Origin: Podarcis vaucheri
Lineage: Eukaryota
Direction: 5' to 3' (one strand)
Length of the DNA: 64,000 nucleotides
Assembly: GCA_965113315.1 (NCBI GenBank)
Contig: OZ220364.1
A program made the position numbers and the translations under genes. The notes under the pieces were generated by a model. It was not told where the DNA came from. It saw only the letters and a program-made list of their open reading frames with translations, and ran no database searches. Positions 35,216 through 48,884 of the stretch are shown piece by piece. Positions within the stretch are counted from its first letter, which is position 1. The number at the start of each line of letters is the position of its first letter.

Positions 35216-35347
35216 CAGTTAGTTGTGCATGAGACTCTTAATCTCAGGGTCGTGACCTGGAGCCTCACATTGGGCAAAAGATTCCTGCATTGCAGGGAGT
35301 TGGACTAGGTGACCCGTGTGGTCCCTTCCAGCTCTATAATTCTTATG
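35211..35347 (+). mobile_element. tRNA-Lys(CTT)-derived SINE with CR1 3' tail
   Basis: AGCTCAGT...GCATGAGACTCTTAATCTCAGGGTCGTG...GAGCCTCACATTGGGC matches tRNA-Lys-CTT. It is followed by TTCCTGCATTGCAGGGAGTTGGACTAG...GTGGTCCCTTCCAGCTCTATAATTCT, homologous to the CR1 3' UTR at 15347-15416. Confidence 0.82.
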
Positions 35348-38300
35348 TTTATCAAGGATAAGCAGCATATATGCTATCTCGTTGATTTATTTCTGTATTT
35401 ATTTAGTTTTAGTTATGAAAAATTGGCCGTGAACGCTTCATCCTCCGTTAGGGCAACCCCATAAACTACCAATCAGGAAATGGAGAAAAGACCTTCTGAT
35501 TCTCCTGCCTGCAGCGTTGCCATGTTGGCACAGACTCCAAATCTGCACAGAATGAAAGCACACTGGGAAAGAAGGGCTGTTTGAAGAAATAAATGGTGAT
35601 GAATAATTTTAAATAATAATTGCCATTGCTAATTTGGCAATCGTTTAGCGGACATTCATGAACAGTTAATAAGAATGACATTGCTTGAACAAGAGATTAG
35701 CTATTATCCAACTCAAACGCAACACTTGCCTTCGTCTCACTGGAGGTCTGATGCTTGATTAGTTAATGCTGTGGACACATCATTTGAAAATGTAAAGCTC
35801 TTCTAAAAGCAAAGTATTGTTACGACTTTGGGTGGGAGAGCAGGCTGTATGCCAAGACCCTTCTGACCCCTGGATTATTTGATTCCCCTGGTGTTGAAAT
35901 ACAAGTCAAGCTATCTTCCTGGTGAGGCGATTGCCTGGGTGATGAGCCTTTAAGGGAAACAAAGGCAAGGGGCTCTGTGCAAGATAAATGGGTGGGGGTG
36001 GCCAACTCACGGATACCCTCCCCCAACTCATGGGTAGTTCAAAGGACAAAGCTTTGTTTGTCACAGGCACTGCCCAATAGGTATCCATGATACACATTCA
36101 GATTCCACATTCCACTGTTGGAGACATAGGCCCAGATTCAACCACCCAGTGCACTAGCAAAAGAGTTCATTGGGGCTTACCTCCACTCTTCCCCCTATAT
36201 GCCCCCTTTCCCTTCCCCATATACGTTCTGGAGGGTCAGGGCTGACACTGAATTCCTTAGACTAGATGTACCCCTAGGCTGATTCAGGATAGGCAGTTCT
36301 CTGACTTATGGAAATATGTGAAGTTGTAGTGTGATTTTGATACCAAGCGTATAAACAAATTGCTAATAAATTTGAATCTCAACTTGAATCCTGAAGGATT
36401 AGAACAGAGGTAGCCAATGCATATTTTAAAGAATCTTATCATCCACTCTGTGATTATTTTTACACTGGAAGGTGGGCTAGAAATCAAACAAATACATGCA
36501 TAATTATATATGCTCAATATACGAACAACATATAGGATCTTGGTGCAGCCATTGGATTTATTATACTACCAATGTATAATACAGCTGCTGCACATCTGCA
36601 ATCCGACTCAAGTTGGTGGTGGTTTCTAGTCCAGTCCATGCTGGGAGGTCGGGGAGAGAGATTGATGGCCAGTAAAAATTACTGTTTGGTTCCAACCCAT
36701 CTCTCACCATGATCTTTTACCCAATTATGGTAGATCTTACAGAGCAGACCTTTCTCAACCCTGAAGTCACTACCCAAAACTGAAGCACAAAAGGATCACA
36801 GGCAGCCATGACTTCTGTTTTCGAAGCTATTTTCTGAGCGGCAATAAGGTCACGAAGATTTACAAAAGGTGCCTGAGCTCAAAAGACTGAAAATGATTGT
36901 TTAGAAGACACTCAATCTTGGCGAGTTTTAGTTTTTCATGACTTTGGCACTCCTCTTTGTGAATGGACAGCTCTTGGGTTCCACCGTCGGGAAGTGAGAG
37001 CATTAACTTGGGGCCGAGCATATGCTGCAGAGTGTTTAACATCCTTGCTGTCTGTAGAGCATTTCCTAATTTCCTTAACAACCAGTCTAGTGAGTAAATA
37101 TAGAGTAGCAGACTTTTCTAGCCACAGTGTTTACTTGGTGCTTTCCAATGGCGCTGAATGAGTCATTAAGGAGTGTTGTTTAAACAGAGGATTATGGGCT
37201 CTTCAAACACATGCTAACCACTTGCTAGGCCACCACCAGGGAATCTCTTCAGCTAACATATTAGTTTGTAACCGATCCTTCATTTCCCCAACAGCAACAG
37301 AGTTTCTGAAAAGGTTGACAATTTCAGGGGGGACCGGAGACTAGTTGAAGACAAAGCATTGCCCATTACCAGTTTTGCCCAGGATTTTCCTAGCAGTTAT
37401 TGAGAATGCAGTTCTTGCAGCCTGTACATGCAGAATGCATTGCAGTGCACGCATGCAAGAATGTGGCTCTTGCAGTCCATGCATGAAGTTGCAGCTTCAT
37501 TTGCGGTGATGGGAGGTTGGCATGCAACTCAATAAACCTTCTTCCCTCCCGCCCCTCTATGGCTAGCACATGGTCATGTATGCATATGTGCACATGCACC
37601 GCTGCAGTAGCAGGTGATGGGGATGAGAGCTGCTGCATACCTGATGGATGCACAGTTCAAAAATGTATGAACCAGGCTCTTGACTGGGCATTAGTGGTAC
37701 GTCCCTCTTACCCTAGTGTTAAAGAGCAGGGCAAGACCAGTCATTTGCGCAATTCTCATTTCAAGCAAGAAAACTGTGCTTGCAAGTGCACATTCCTACG
37801 GGGGAGGGGGCAGGGGCAAGACCAGGTCTCTTTGTGCCACTGCAGATGACACCACATGCATGGCAACAGGACCCAAGTCTAGCCTTTTAACTTCCCAGTT
37901 CTGGTTTAGCCAGGTCTGCTGATTGGCCAGCCACCTCCTCGGCTAACAAGGGAGCTTTGCTCTCAGGATGGAGGATAGAAACTGACCCAGATGGCTTCCC
38001 CTCCCTTTCTGTGACATCTGGCTATGAAGGGGGCAGAACCACCTTCTGAGTCACTCTATGAGCTGCCCCCATTATCAACCTTTGGACCCACTTCCTCCTC
38101 CTCTGACAGAACCAGCCATTCCTGGCCTGTCCCAGCTGGCATTACAGTTAGTTATTTTCCTTTAGTAATGTATTTTTTTACAGCCAGGAAGGGGAGGGGG
38201 TGCAGCTGAGAGAAACCAGAGTGGACAGAATAGCTTATACTTACCTCTGAGAAACTGTTGGGGAAAGTCAGTAAAACAGTCCCCCAACTTGTCTCCATCC

Positions 38301-39666
38301 ACAAATAGGGTGGAGGATTCTGAGCACATTTCTAAACAGTAAAAAAATGTCAAAACACCCAACATGAGGCTACATTTTCAACATATTGACTCAAATCCTT
38401 GTTGCAGGCACAGAAGCATTCATGAGATGTTTACAAAACCCTAAGTCAATATTAAAGTCTAAACAACATGAATAGATTTGGGATCTGAAACTAGACACTA
38501 AATAGCCATAATCCAGTCAATCACTGAAAAGCTCCCATTGATTTAAATAGATTCTAAGATTTTCATCAATCTGTGCACATCTTTGGGACTTTTTAATTAA
38601 AAACTGCATTGATCCTCTGGTATAAAGCCCATCCTGTGTCCATTCATTTCAATGGAGATGCTGAATGGAATTCTGAATTGCAGATTCAGAAAGTATAAAT
38701 AACCACCTGTACTGTAGAATAACAGCAAGGTAATGATTATTGTGAAATATTCAGTCAGTAGAGTCATTCATAATAACTCCTTTGTTTATTCCTTACATAT
38801 GCTGTGTTTCTTCTGGGTTGAAATAACAAGGTAATGATGTTGTGGGGTTTGAATTTTCTATGCCATCACACATCAAGTTGATGATTTCATTGAGGTTCTT
38901 GAAAGGAAGACTACACATTAATATAATTGTCGGCACCACAGAATGCTTGATGTTGATTCACAAATTTGCAAGCTGCTATCTAATTTCCGATGTAAGTGGT
39001 TTCAACATTGTTCTGGAGTTTCAGTGTCTGTGTGTATATTCCTCTCAACAGTTGAAACATTCTGCTTTGGTTATTCAATATTGGCTCTTCAATTCTGAGG
39101 TTCAGGATCTGTCACATATTAGTGGAGATGGAACACCAGATAAAACTGTAACTGGGGATGCCAAAGGGATTTTTCCAGACCTTCTACAAGGTATGATGAT
39201 TGGCCCCTCCACCCCACCTTTGGGCAACAGTCTAAAAAGTCTTATTACACCTGTCACACGGTTAATCCAGTTCCTACTTCCATAGATTTTCTCTCTCCTT
39301 CCTTTCTAAGGCTGTAATTCTAGTCATACTTATCTGGGTCTTGTTAATTGGCTTGCACATCCCCCACAACTTCACTCTCACTCACACAGTCTACGCCTGC
39401 TTGGGAAGAATTCCTAAGTGTTGGGCTGTGCGGATAAATGGAAAGGGAAGGAAGGGAAAGATCAGTAGCAAGCATGGCGGAGGGTGGAGAGAGGTGGAAG
39501 AGAAAATGGGGAGAAAGAGAAGATGGAGTTAGGGGAAAAGGCAAAAGGGGGCCTGGAATGGAGAGGGGACAAGCCAAGAAAGAAAACAAAGAGATAAATA
39601 GCCAGAAAACAATTTCAAGAGGGAAAAAGTCCCAACTACAAAAGTGGGCAGAAGAACAAATAAATA

Positions 39667-40133
39667 CCACATTTTTCCGTGTATAAGACAATGTTTTTTG
39701 CTATTAAAAAAGGCAAAAATTGGGTGTCGTCTTATACACGGATAGTGAATGCGGGGGAGGGACATGCAATTAATGGCAGCAGCAAGCAGAAGATTGGCAG
39801 CAGTGATTGGGTGGGTAATTGGTGGCTGTGGCAAGGCTTGCTGGTGATTGGCTGCGGCTGCAGCAATTGGGCAGGTGATTGGCGGCTGTGGCAAGTAGGC
39901 GGGTGGACTGTTGGTGGCGACAAGCGGGCAGACAATTGGCGGCTACGTCAAGGTGTGCAATCAGCAGTGGCTGGGGCAAGCGATCAGCAGTGGCGGGCAG
40001 GCAGGTGAGAGATTGGCGGAAGTGACCTTCCCACCCCCACCCCCAAAGCTAAACAACTTAATTTCTTAATTTTGGGTTGAAAAAAGGGAGGTCATCTTAT
40101 ACATGGGGGCATCTTATGCACAGAAAAATATGG
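39667..40133. mobile_element. Tc1/mariner-type MITE related to family B, with an internal GC-rich tandem array
   Basis: TA|CCACATTTTTCCGTGTATAAGAC...TCTTATGCACAGAAAAATATGG|TA. Repeated GATTGGCGGCTGTGGCAAG-like units at ~39770-40020. Confidence 0.75.
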
Positions 40134-42085
40134 TAAATAAAAATAGGAAGGGAAAGCAAAGCTGGATCTCTCCGCCTCCCCTTGCCTGCCCTGAGTGTTT
40201 TTCAGAAGCCAACCTCTACAGCTGTGTGCACTAAGGTTGTGCAAAACTCCTCTCACTCTGGATACCAACCTTCAGATTTGCCCAGGTCTGATCTGTGACT
40301 GACCCAACCAAGATCCAGGCCCCAAAGTGATGCAGATGCCAGCCTTGATGTTTAATCAGGGCTTGTGAAACCCCAATGAAACATTTGGCCAGGAGCAGGG
40401 CAGGGGGAAAGAGGAGTGTTGCATCTTCCTCCCCACTTCCAAGAACGGCACTGCAGTGAGCAGGATTGAACTTACCAGCCGATGAGAAGAGAGTTTGATC
40501 ATGCAGGATGCTGCTTCACCACTTAGGAGCTTTCTGGTGTATGCTTTCTTGAGCTCTGCCATAGAAGCAAGGCAAGATGTAAGCGTATATAACCAATGAA
40601 AAAGGATGATAATGATGATTAGAATGGCTGGAGCAGATTAGTCTGTTGCAGCTGAACGATAATCGGTGCTATTTCTACACAACTCAGGAGTGACTTGCCT
40701 GATGGGATGAAGCGGGAGTGATAGGCTCCCTGCAGCAGTGCTGTTGCCACTTCCTAGAAGGAGCAAAGTGGTAGTAAGGTTGGGGTTACACACAGGCAGG
40801 AGACCAGATTAGTTCTGGCAGTGCATCTTCATAGCCCCAACCTTGCCAATGTCTCACTCTTCCCTCTCCTTGGAAGGCCTCTCCAGGGAGCCATTGCTCT
40901 GCCTCCAGCCCGTTAATTAAGCTGCTTCTGATAGAACCCCGAAATTTGCAGCTGGTAGACAATCAAATAACCCAGAGATTGGTCTGAAGTCACACGATGC
41001 CACTCTTATGGTCAGATGATAATGCTAACACCAAGGATGCTCTGACCTTTTCAAGTTAAGCGTTTCAGCTGCTGATGCTAAGTGGGTTTGACTCCACAAA
41101 CGATCCAGATGTGGGACCTCCTGCAAATGATGTGCTCCGAGCTCAGAAGAGAAAGAATATAGGTGTAGTAATGTAAAACTGCATTAGGAAGAAATACTTA
41201 CCGTATCTTTATACAGAATAAGCCCTATAAGCAGGAGAGAGGTGCACAAGAGAGTACCAGCACTCAAAAGTATAAATGCCAAAACTCAAAGCACACATCT
41301 GCATAATCATGTTTAGGAAGATTGTACTCTTGCATCGCTTGCAGTCCAAGTACTTTGATTTAAAATGATCTGTGAATCAGGCTTTTGAGATAAATGTTGG
41401 GAAATCATTTTTCATTTGTGCGGATGGGTTCATTTAACTAGGATCGTTGTAAAATATTATGTGTTTTACACCGTTAAGGAGAGGCTGTCAAATCACAGGG
41501 CACTGCTGAAATAGCGCCTGTAGAAGAGTAGAGTCACTAGACAAAGTATGCATCATTCTTAAGCAGATTAATAATTGTTTTGGAGCACATGAAGTGATAT
41601 GATACATTATCTAGTGTATCTTTGACTCTAGACAGACTTTGTTCCATTCAGAACTTATGAGAGGGAAGGGAAGGTGGGGGGAAAATGTGTTGCACACAGA
41701 CTCGGATTTGAAACTGGAATAAGAATTCTGTTCACCCAAATATGCTACTCAGAGAACAGCCTGAGGGTGGCTTTTAATTAGGCACATTGTTATCATTCAC
41801 TAGGAAAGCTGGTTCTCTGGGGATATCAGGGCATCAACAATACTTTGGCAAAGCCTCCAGCACACTCCATATTCTAGAGATAAGATGACAAACACAGTGC
41901 TGAGGAATCATCAAGGCATGATATGGGCAGCTATTTCTGGAGGGATCTAAAGGGTTCTTGGCGAATGAAAGAATATTGTCCACAAAATAGATTGCTCCTC
42001 ACTTACAAGGCTTAATTGGAGAAGGAAAGAGTCTAAATAAACTTAATTTTCCTGTCTCAAACTCTAAATATATCATTCTTGGTAT

Positions 42086-42446
42086 TAGGGATGGGGGAGA
42101 AACATGGTTCAGTTTGCATTTTAATGTGAACCTACTTCATTCACACTTCCCTTGAAACAATATGTGAACCTGAATTTTGTGATGCAGTTCTCCGAACAAA
42201 TAATGTATACAAAAATGTGTATATTAAGGAGAAAGTGTGCACATATTAGTCAAGAATACATACAAAAATGCATTATATTGGGGGATGTGCATATACAGAT
42301 TTATCAGGGGGGGGAAATGCACTGAAATGCTGGTGAATTTTCATGAATCCCTCCCCCATTTTTAATCACTCACTCATGCAGAAAACTGTAATTAAGAATG
42401 GATAAAGTAAGAAACTGAGAGGAGCTGGTAAATTCATCTATCCCTA
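42086..42446. mobile_element. Degraded AT-rich non-autonomous DNA transposon
   Basis: Ends TAGGGATG / TATCCCTA. Internal ATACAAAAATG...TATATT.GG motifs resemble ~11800-12065 and ~19575-19850. Confidence 0.45.
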
Positions 42447-44266
42447 CCTGGGGGGAAATAAATCAAATAACAATAATAATATGTATGATGGAATTGAATA
42501 CATAATTACATTTGTGTAAGTCTACTGAGTTTGCTTTTTGCTGCGTGTGTGTGTATGGATCAACTTATGTTAGAAACTGAATCTTAATTAAGGGTCACTT
42601 AATGTAATTAGCATCTAATGCCTGCTCTTTGGGAAGTGTAATATCTGTGTAATGAACATGTGAAATGGCAGCTCACAGATTTTAGCCACAGCACATTCCA
42701 TGTTCTTCTGTGTATATATATCAGCATTTCGAAGGCATGGAATCTGTTGTGATCTGGAAGAGCCTGGAAATACCAGTGCACCCATTTGCTCATGTGTTAA
42801 TGCAATGTCAAGAAAGTGGGTGTATAAAATGGCAGGTCTTACCACTAAGAATAACGAGAAGTAAGGGGATAGCACCTGTCATTTTTGTTCAGTGGGGTGA
42901 ACATGCAGCTGTTGTTGTGAGATACCACTGAAAAGATGCCTTCTTCCAGAGAACTGATGACAGGACGTTTCTCAAGGGAAATGCCCATTTTTCACTTCCT
43001 TCCAAATTATCAGTCATAATTTGGGCCACAGTGGATGTATTTCCAGGCTGCAGGAAATAAACAACCCCACACAATTGTTTTGCTATCGCAGCACTTTTAC
43101 CTGCGGGGGAAAATTACTGCTTAGCTATACTTTCCTAGAGCAGAGGGATCAAAGGCTACTTTGCGTAAATGAAAATAATATATAGCTAAGTATCTTTTAA
43201 ATCTTTGTTACCCATTACAATATTTTTTTGTTTCTGATTTTCCATCCCTGCCAGATACTGAAAACCGATTGTCCTTTCCTCCGTTTATGTCTTGGTAAAT
43301 GTTCTTACTGGCCTAGATTTTTCTGTAGAGCTGCATTATGCCTTTGAAAATTGTTAGCAGGCTTCACAACGGTGTATCCTTTGCATCATTAGTAACCACA
43401 TAATATTTCCTCGGTTTGCTCTGCTGCTCGCTACCATTTGAAGATGTTGCTTTCTACCCCCCTCTGGTGGCTGCAAGATAAATATAGTTTAAATCAGCCT
43501 CAGAGTCAACCTGCTGCCAGCTATTCACAGCTGACCTGTGCACATCCCACCAGGCAGTTTCAGAGCTTTGGAGCTTGGACTGGTGGGGTCCAGAGGAAGA
43601 GGGCAAGAGAATGGGCAGCAGGTACAAGGGTCAACTCAGGGTGGGAGACGTCTTGCCCAAAGCCCCTTCAAAACATTGACCTAGCCCCAGATATCTTACA
43701 AGAGAACACTGAACCCTAATAGACAACTCCAGGCATGATGCACAGGTTAACCAAATGTGCATGCTAATACAAGCTCAAAGACACACATGCCAAAAGTCTG
43801 GAGCCTTCTCGAGCCACAGGGAGACAACAGAAATGGAATAAGTACTTAAGCAGGGTTGTGGAAAGCTGGCTGAGTATTTAGCAAATGATCACCTAATTTA
43901 TCAGATGTCAGGGAACTTAAGTTAGAGCTCTACACCAGGGAGGTTTCATTCCTTTCTAGCAGCCGGCTCTTGCATAATGAGGAGCCAGATTACTACTGCG
44001 CAGTATTAGCCAATTCCAAGGGGAAGCTTCACAATAAGACAAGCTGTGCACAACCCTTCATAGTGTGGTGACAGCAGACAATGGGATTTAAAGGAGAGGA
44101 TGAAGACAATAACCTTAATTGAGGCATCAAGGAGGGCCGGAAACACAGAGAAGGAAATCACAGTGTTTTCCACTCCAAAACTGGTGCAGGCTGCCTTTCC
44201 TTTGGAAAATCCGATAATTACTGAATCTTTGGACTGGGGAGGGTCTAGATGTTGAGAAAATGCAAA

Positions 44267-44331
44267 GGGGGGGGGGAGAGAGAGAGAGAGAGAGAGGAGG
44301 AGGAGGAGGAGGAGGAGGAGGAGGAGGAGGA
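44267..44331 (+). repeat. Compound purine tract G-run/(GA)n/(GGA)n
   Basis: Direct reading. Confidence 0.95.
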
Positions 44332-46233
44332 CAGCACCTTGTGTTGGAGGAGAGCTGCCTGTCAGTGCTGTGCTTGCAGAATTGCAAACTCGCAGCTACA
44401 GAAGCTGGGCTAATGAACGATGGCATCTTGCCTTCTGTCTACTTTGTATCTGGTGAATGAAAGAGCAAGAAAGCACATCACAAGCTGGCAAAGCCAGGCA
44501 TGCAGTCCTTTTGAGTCAAAACGATAAGGAAGCTATGGAACTGCCTTTCCAGCATCCTGTTTTTGATTCAGGCGAGCGTGAGGAATTCAGTCATGGCAAA
44601 TTCCACTATGACTGACATGATCCTCAGTTCTATTCGCTTCCTGTATATGCATCTGCAGTCTCTGCACAAAATCTGTAAAAAGAAAAGAAAAGAAAGTTGG
44701 ATCTGTATCAATATATTGTGCAGATTTTCTTTTTTTTAAAGAAAAAAACATAGATCAGTGCAGAATGAGGACAGAGTAGATTTATGAGTGCAGATATGCA
44801 AAAACAGAAATGATCAGAAATAGACTTGCAATGCAATCCTAACCATGTCTGCTCAGCTCTAAGCCCTATAGAATTCAGTGGTGCTTAATACCAGGTAAAG
44901 TGGGTTAGCATAACAGTCTAAATTGCCAAACCCCCTTCTTCTTCTTCTTTCATTTCCAGCATATTTTTTCAATCTCAAGAAAGTAAAAAGTGTCTTTTCT
45001 TGTCTTTGGCTTCCTGGCCTAGCAGACAGGCATCTGTGTCTGAAGCACTGTGATGTCTAATCAACCAACTAACTGGGTGCTTTGTGTCACAGGGAAAACT
45101 GACAACATTGCAACAATTAAAAATATCTTAGCTGCTACACTTAAGTTCCATCACAAGCTCTGTTCAAGCTTTTGAAAACAGATCATAAATTTTACAAGAG
45201 TGGAACAGCTGGAGCTGGCATCAGGGAGTACTGTTGTTTTGGCTCACAGATACAATAATGCCATGGCAATAAAGACAAAAAATATGCTAGATACATGCCA
45301 ATTCTATAAGTGTCTTCTTAGTTATTTTTGCACAATTTCCCTCAAACTGTTTTATAAACTCGGGAGAGAAAATATTTGGGTGCTTTCGTTTTTCTTCCCT
45401 TAGCAATGCCATTTCCCAACTCAGTTTTTTCATGCACTTGAGAAATGTTTATGAACTTTCAAAAAAAGACAATAAAAAACCTCTGATCTGCAGAAATGAC
45501 TGGTGCATTGTGCTACTTAATACTTAACCAATCAGAAGAATTTTGCCTGAAACAAAATCCTGAGGCAAAATCAAGGGTTCCTTCCTGCTCAGGTGACATG
45601 TCTGAGGAATTTTGAGGGAAGTGTAGAAGCCGTCTGCCCCTGGGTGCCTCCAGATGTTTTGGGTTTACGACTCTGATCAACCTCCTCCTACGCTGTACCA
45701 CTGTGATTGCCCCCCCCCCGCACACTCCCTGCAGATCCTCTCTTCTCAGACACATCTGCCCTCCCCAAATAGAAACAAACAAACAGCAACAAAACTGCCA
45801 CACTTAAAAACAATTGTAGCAAAAGCTCTGTCTCGGCTTTGTAGCTGGTACTGTAGCCAGGAGATGTAGCATGGCTGCATTTGCAGAGGTCCTATATTTC
45901 CAACACACTAACAGTATTTCATGCCCCCTGAGTATGCCCAGTCCTTTTTGGGCTGTTGTGGAAATCCTCCCCCCCTTAGGTCTCTCTCCTCCCACCCCCC
46001 ATGTACTGTATATCTGCAAGCCTGGGATTCTGCAAAGCCTCTCATTTCCTCTGTCTCATACATGGATGGTGACATTGTGGCTGCATACAAGTTGGCCCTT
46101 ACCCAAACCTCAGAAACAGAGAAAACGGAGACTGCTATTTGTGTGCATGTAGTTTTCATAAGACTAGTACCATTTCTCAAGGGAAGGACCTCACATCTCT
46201 TAAGCTGCCACTGAATTATTGCTCTTAAAGCCA

Positions 46234-47013
46234 AGTAAATCTGTAGGTTCCTGGTAAGATTACTCATCCATTGATGCCGAAATCCAGCAGCGCCTGAGCT
46301 CTGCGAGTGCAGCTTTCTCCCCATTTTAGTGCAGAGTGTTTGAGGGCCAGGACATTCACAGAGAAACCAAAATGCTTGTTTACAAAGCTGCTGTACTACC
46401 AACCTTAATGTATGCTTGTGAAACATGGACCACTTATAAATGCCATCTTCAACTCCTCGAAAGATTCCATCAATGGTGTCTCCAATGGTGTCACTTGGGA
46501 AGACAGGTGAACTAATACCAGTGTACTGGAAGAAGCAAAGATTCTTCAACATTAACTTCGTTGGACTGGTCATGTTGTGCGGATGCCTGATTATCATCTT
46601 CCAAAACAACTACTCTATCCCGAACTTAAAAATGGAAAGCGTAATGCTGGTGGTCAATGAAAGAGGTTTAAAGACTGTCTCAAGGCAAATTTTTAAAAAT
46701 GTAGTATAAACACCAACAACTGGGAATCACTTGTCTGCAAGCACTCCAGTTGGAGAACAGTCTTTACCAAAGGAGTCATGGGCTTTGAAGACACTCAAAC
46801 TCAGGACACAAGGGAGAAAAGTGCTAGGAGGAAGGCACGCTTGGCAAATCCACACCATGATCAACTCCCACCCGGAAACCAATGTCCCCACTGTGGAAGG
46901 ACGTGTGGATCCAGAATTGGCTTACAGACTCATTGTTAAAACCGTGTTTATGGAAGACAATCTCACTCGGCTACGAGTGATCAAAGAAGGAGGAGAAGAA
47001 GAAGAAGAAGAAG
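46234..47013 (+). mobile_element. RTE-clade LINE 3' portion, degraded
   Basis: Same family as 34689-35086 (shared GAACTTAAAAATGGAAAGCGTAATGCTGGTGGTCAA and CCGGAAACCAATGTCCCCACTGTGGAAGGACGTGTGGATCC). (GAA)n tail. Confidence 0.88.
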
Positions 47014-48059
47014 ACACATCCAAAGAATCTGAATGAGGCAAGATTATTTATTTATTTTAGTAGCAAAATCTTGTGGGGGACGGGTGGGAGTCCACACAAC
47101 CTGAACTAAAGCCCACAGGAAATAGTAATACAAGGTGCTAGTGAATCTGTGCTGCATCACTTGCCTCTCATCTGGCACTGGCTGCCCTGTTGAGAGTTTA
47201 GGGCCACTGAAGAAATTTCCCACACAATGGACAAAATTGATAAAACTTGGAGTTAGAGTTGTCTGCCCTTTGTACCTGAAATGAAGGATAGAGCTGTGTG
47301 TCTAGTGCCTCATATAGTTTGGTCATAAAATATATTGTGTTTCTTTTATTTTCTGTGATTTATTTAGATTTTTGCTATGCCCTTTACCAGAGTGGGAATC
47401 TTTGAGCCTGGGGGCCAAATATGACTCAATCTGGCCCTCAAAACTTTGCAACCTGAGTGATTTTGGCTGGCTGGAATGTGTCCTGGAACCCTGTTAACCC
47501 CTCTTGCTTGTGTGGATGGAGAAGAGGTTAGAGAAGGGTGTCTGAGCATGTGCAGAAAGTAGCTCACGGCTCAATTTGTTGCCCCACCTAGTTTCCCACC
47601 GGTCCTCCCCACCACTTACATGTGACCCCCCAGAAAGTTTCCCACAAGGGAATGTGGCCAAAGAGGTTTCCCTGCCGCTTCCCTTTATTTTATTTTTTTA
47701 ATGGTTGTATTTTGAAGTGGAATGCTACATGCTCTTTTTTTTTAAAAAAAAAACATTCCCATTGATGTTATACTCTCTCTCTAGCAGAGCACTTTTGTCT
47801 CTTAAAAAGATATGTGGCCAATCCCTTCCCTCCTCCCCAAATCCACTTCATGAGGAAATGGTATTTCCCTACTAGCGCTAGATCTGCCTAGCACTGCTTT
47901 GGCACTACAGAAAAGAATCTGGTTGGGACTGGGCTGCCTGGAAAACATTTATTGTGTTATTTCTGCTGATGCTCATAAGCATTTTGAGCAAAATCCATCA
48001 AGAACTTCTGTTCAAGTCAGAAACGGGAGCTGTGCAAGATCACATTTGTGAGTTTTGAT

Positions 48060-48350
48060 GTCTCTTTTATCCTTATCTTGTATCTGTTTACGTGCCATTC
48101 AATTTGCTGTTTCTGACAGTAAATAGCGAAGCATCAAAATATATTTTTGATGCAATTTTATATGATTTATGGTTGTTAAGAGTTAATAGTCTGAGTCTGC
48201 AGTGTGCGGTGGATTATATATTTGCTGTCTGCGGTGTTCTCGGCTTGTTTTAGCCTTGTGATGGAAAATCAGCACCACATAAAACGCCATTTATTGTTTA
48301 AGCAGCAGTGCTCAAACAATTAAAGAGATGTTCTCATTGAAATGCCACTT
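48060..48350. promoter_or_regulatory. Candidate PBX-HOX/MEIS enhancer
   Basis: TGACAG at 48114-48119 and TGATTTATGG at 48163-48172, with a 9-bp inverted repeat between them. Confidence 0.5.
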
Positions 48351-48637
48351 GACTTAGGGCCACATCCAGTGCCAGTCCTACTCAAAGTAGACCCACTGAA
48401 ATGAATAAACCCAACTTAATGATGTTCATGAATTTAATGGGTGTGCTCTGAGTCAGACTAGCATGGCTTACACAATCCTTACAGGGCAATCTTCCTTTCA
48501 GTGTGCAGAGGGCAGGGTACAAAGGCTACCCATACCATAGGAACAAGAAGGACCTTTTCCTCTATCTCCCTTGCCCTCACATAGCTTATCAGATGCCCAG
48601 CTCATAGTTGCTGCTTCTCATGCTGAGCACATGAGCA

Positions 48638-48884
48638 GAAGAAGAAGAGGAGTTTGGATTTGATACCTCTTTATCACTACCCTAAGGGGTCTCAAAGTGA
48701 CTAACAATCTCCTTTTCCCTTCCTCCCCCACAACAAACACTCTGTGAGGTGAGTGAGGCTGAGAGATTTCAGAGAAGTGTGACTACCCCAAGGTCACCCA
48801 GCAGCTGCATGTGGAGGAGCAGGGAACCCGGTTCACCAGATTTCAAGTCCACCGCTCTTAACCACTACACCACACTGGCTCTCT
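48638..48884 (-). mobile_element. Same SINE family as 62485-62735
   Basis: Reverse-complement match from the GAAGAAGAGGAGTTTGGATTTGATA tail to the CTTAACCACTACACCACACTGGCTCTC head. Confidence 0.82.

Noticed and set aside
35211-35276. Functional tRNA-Lys gene
   Set aside because: The 5' acceptor strand is missing, the B-box (GTTCGA) is destroyed, and it is followed by a CR1 tail rather than a poly-T terminator.
45908-46609. 233-aa minus-strand ORF
   Set aside because: It is partly the antisense of a decayed RTE running into unique DNA, with no recognisable domain.
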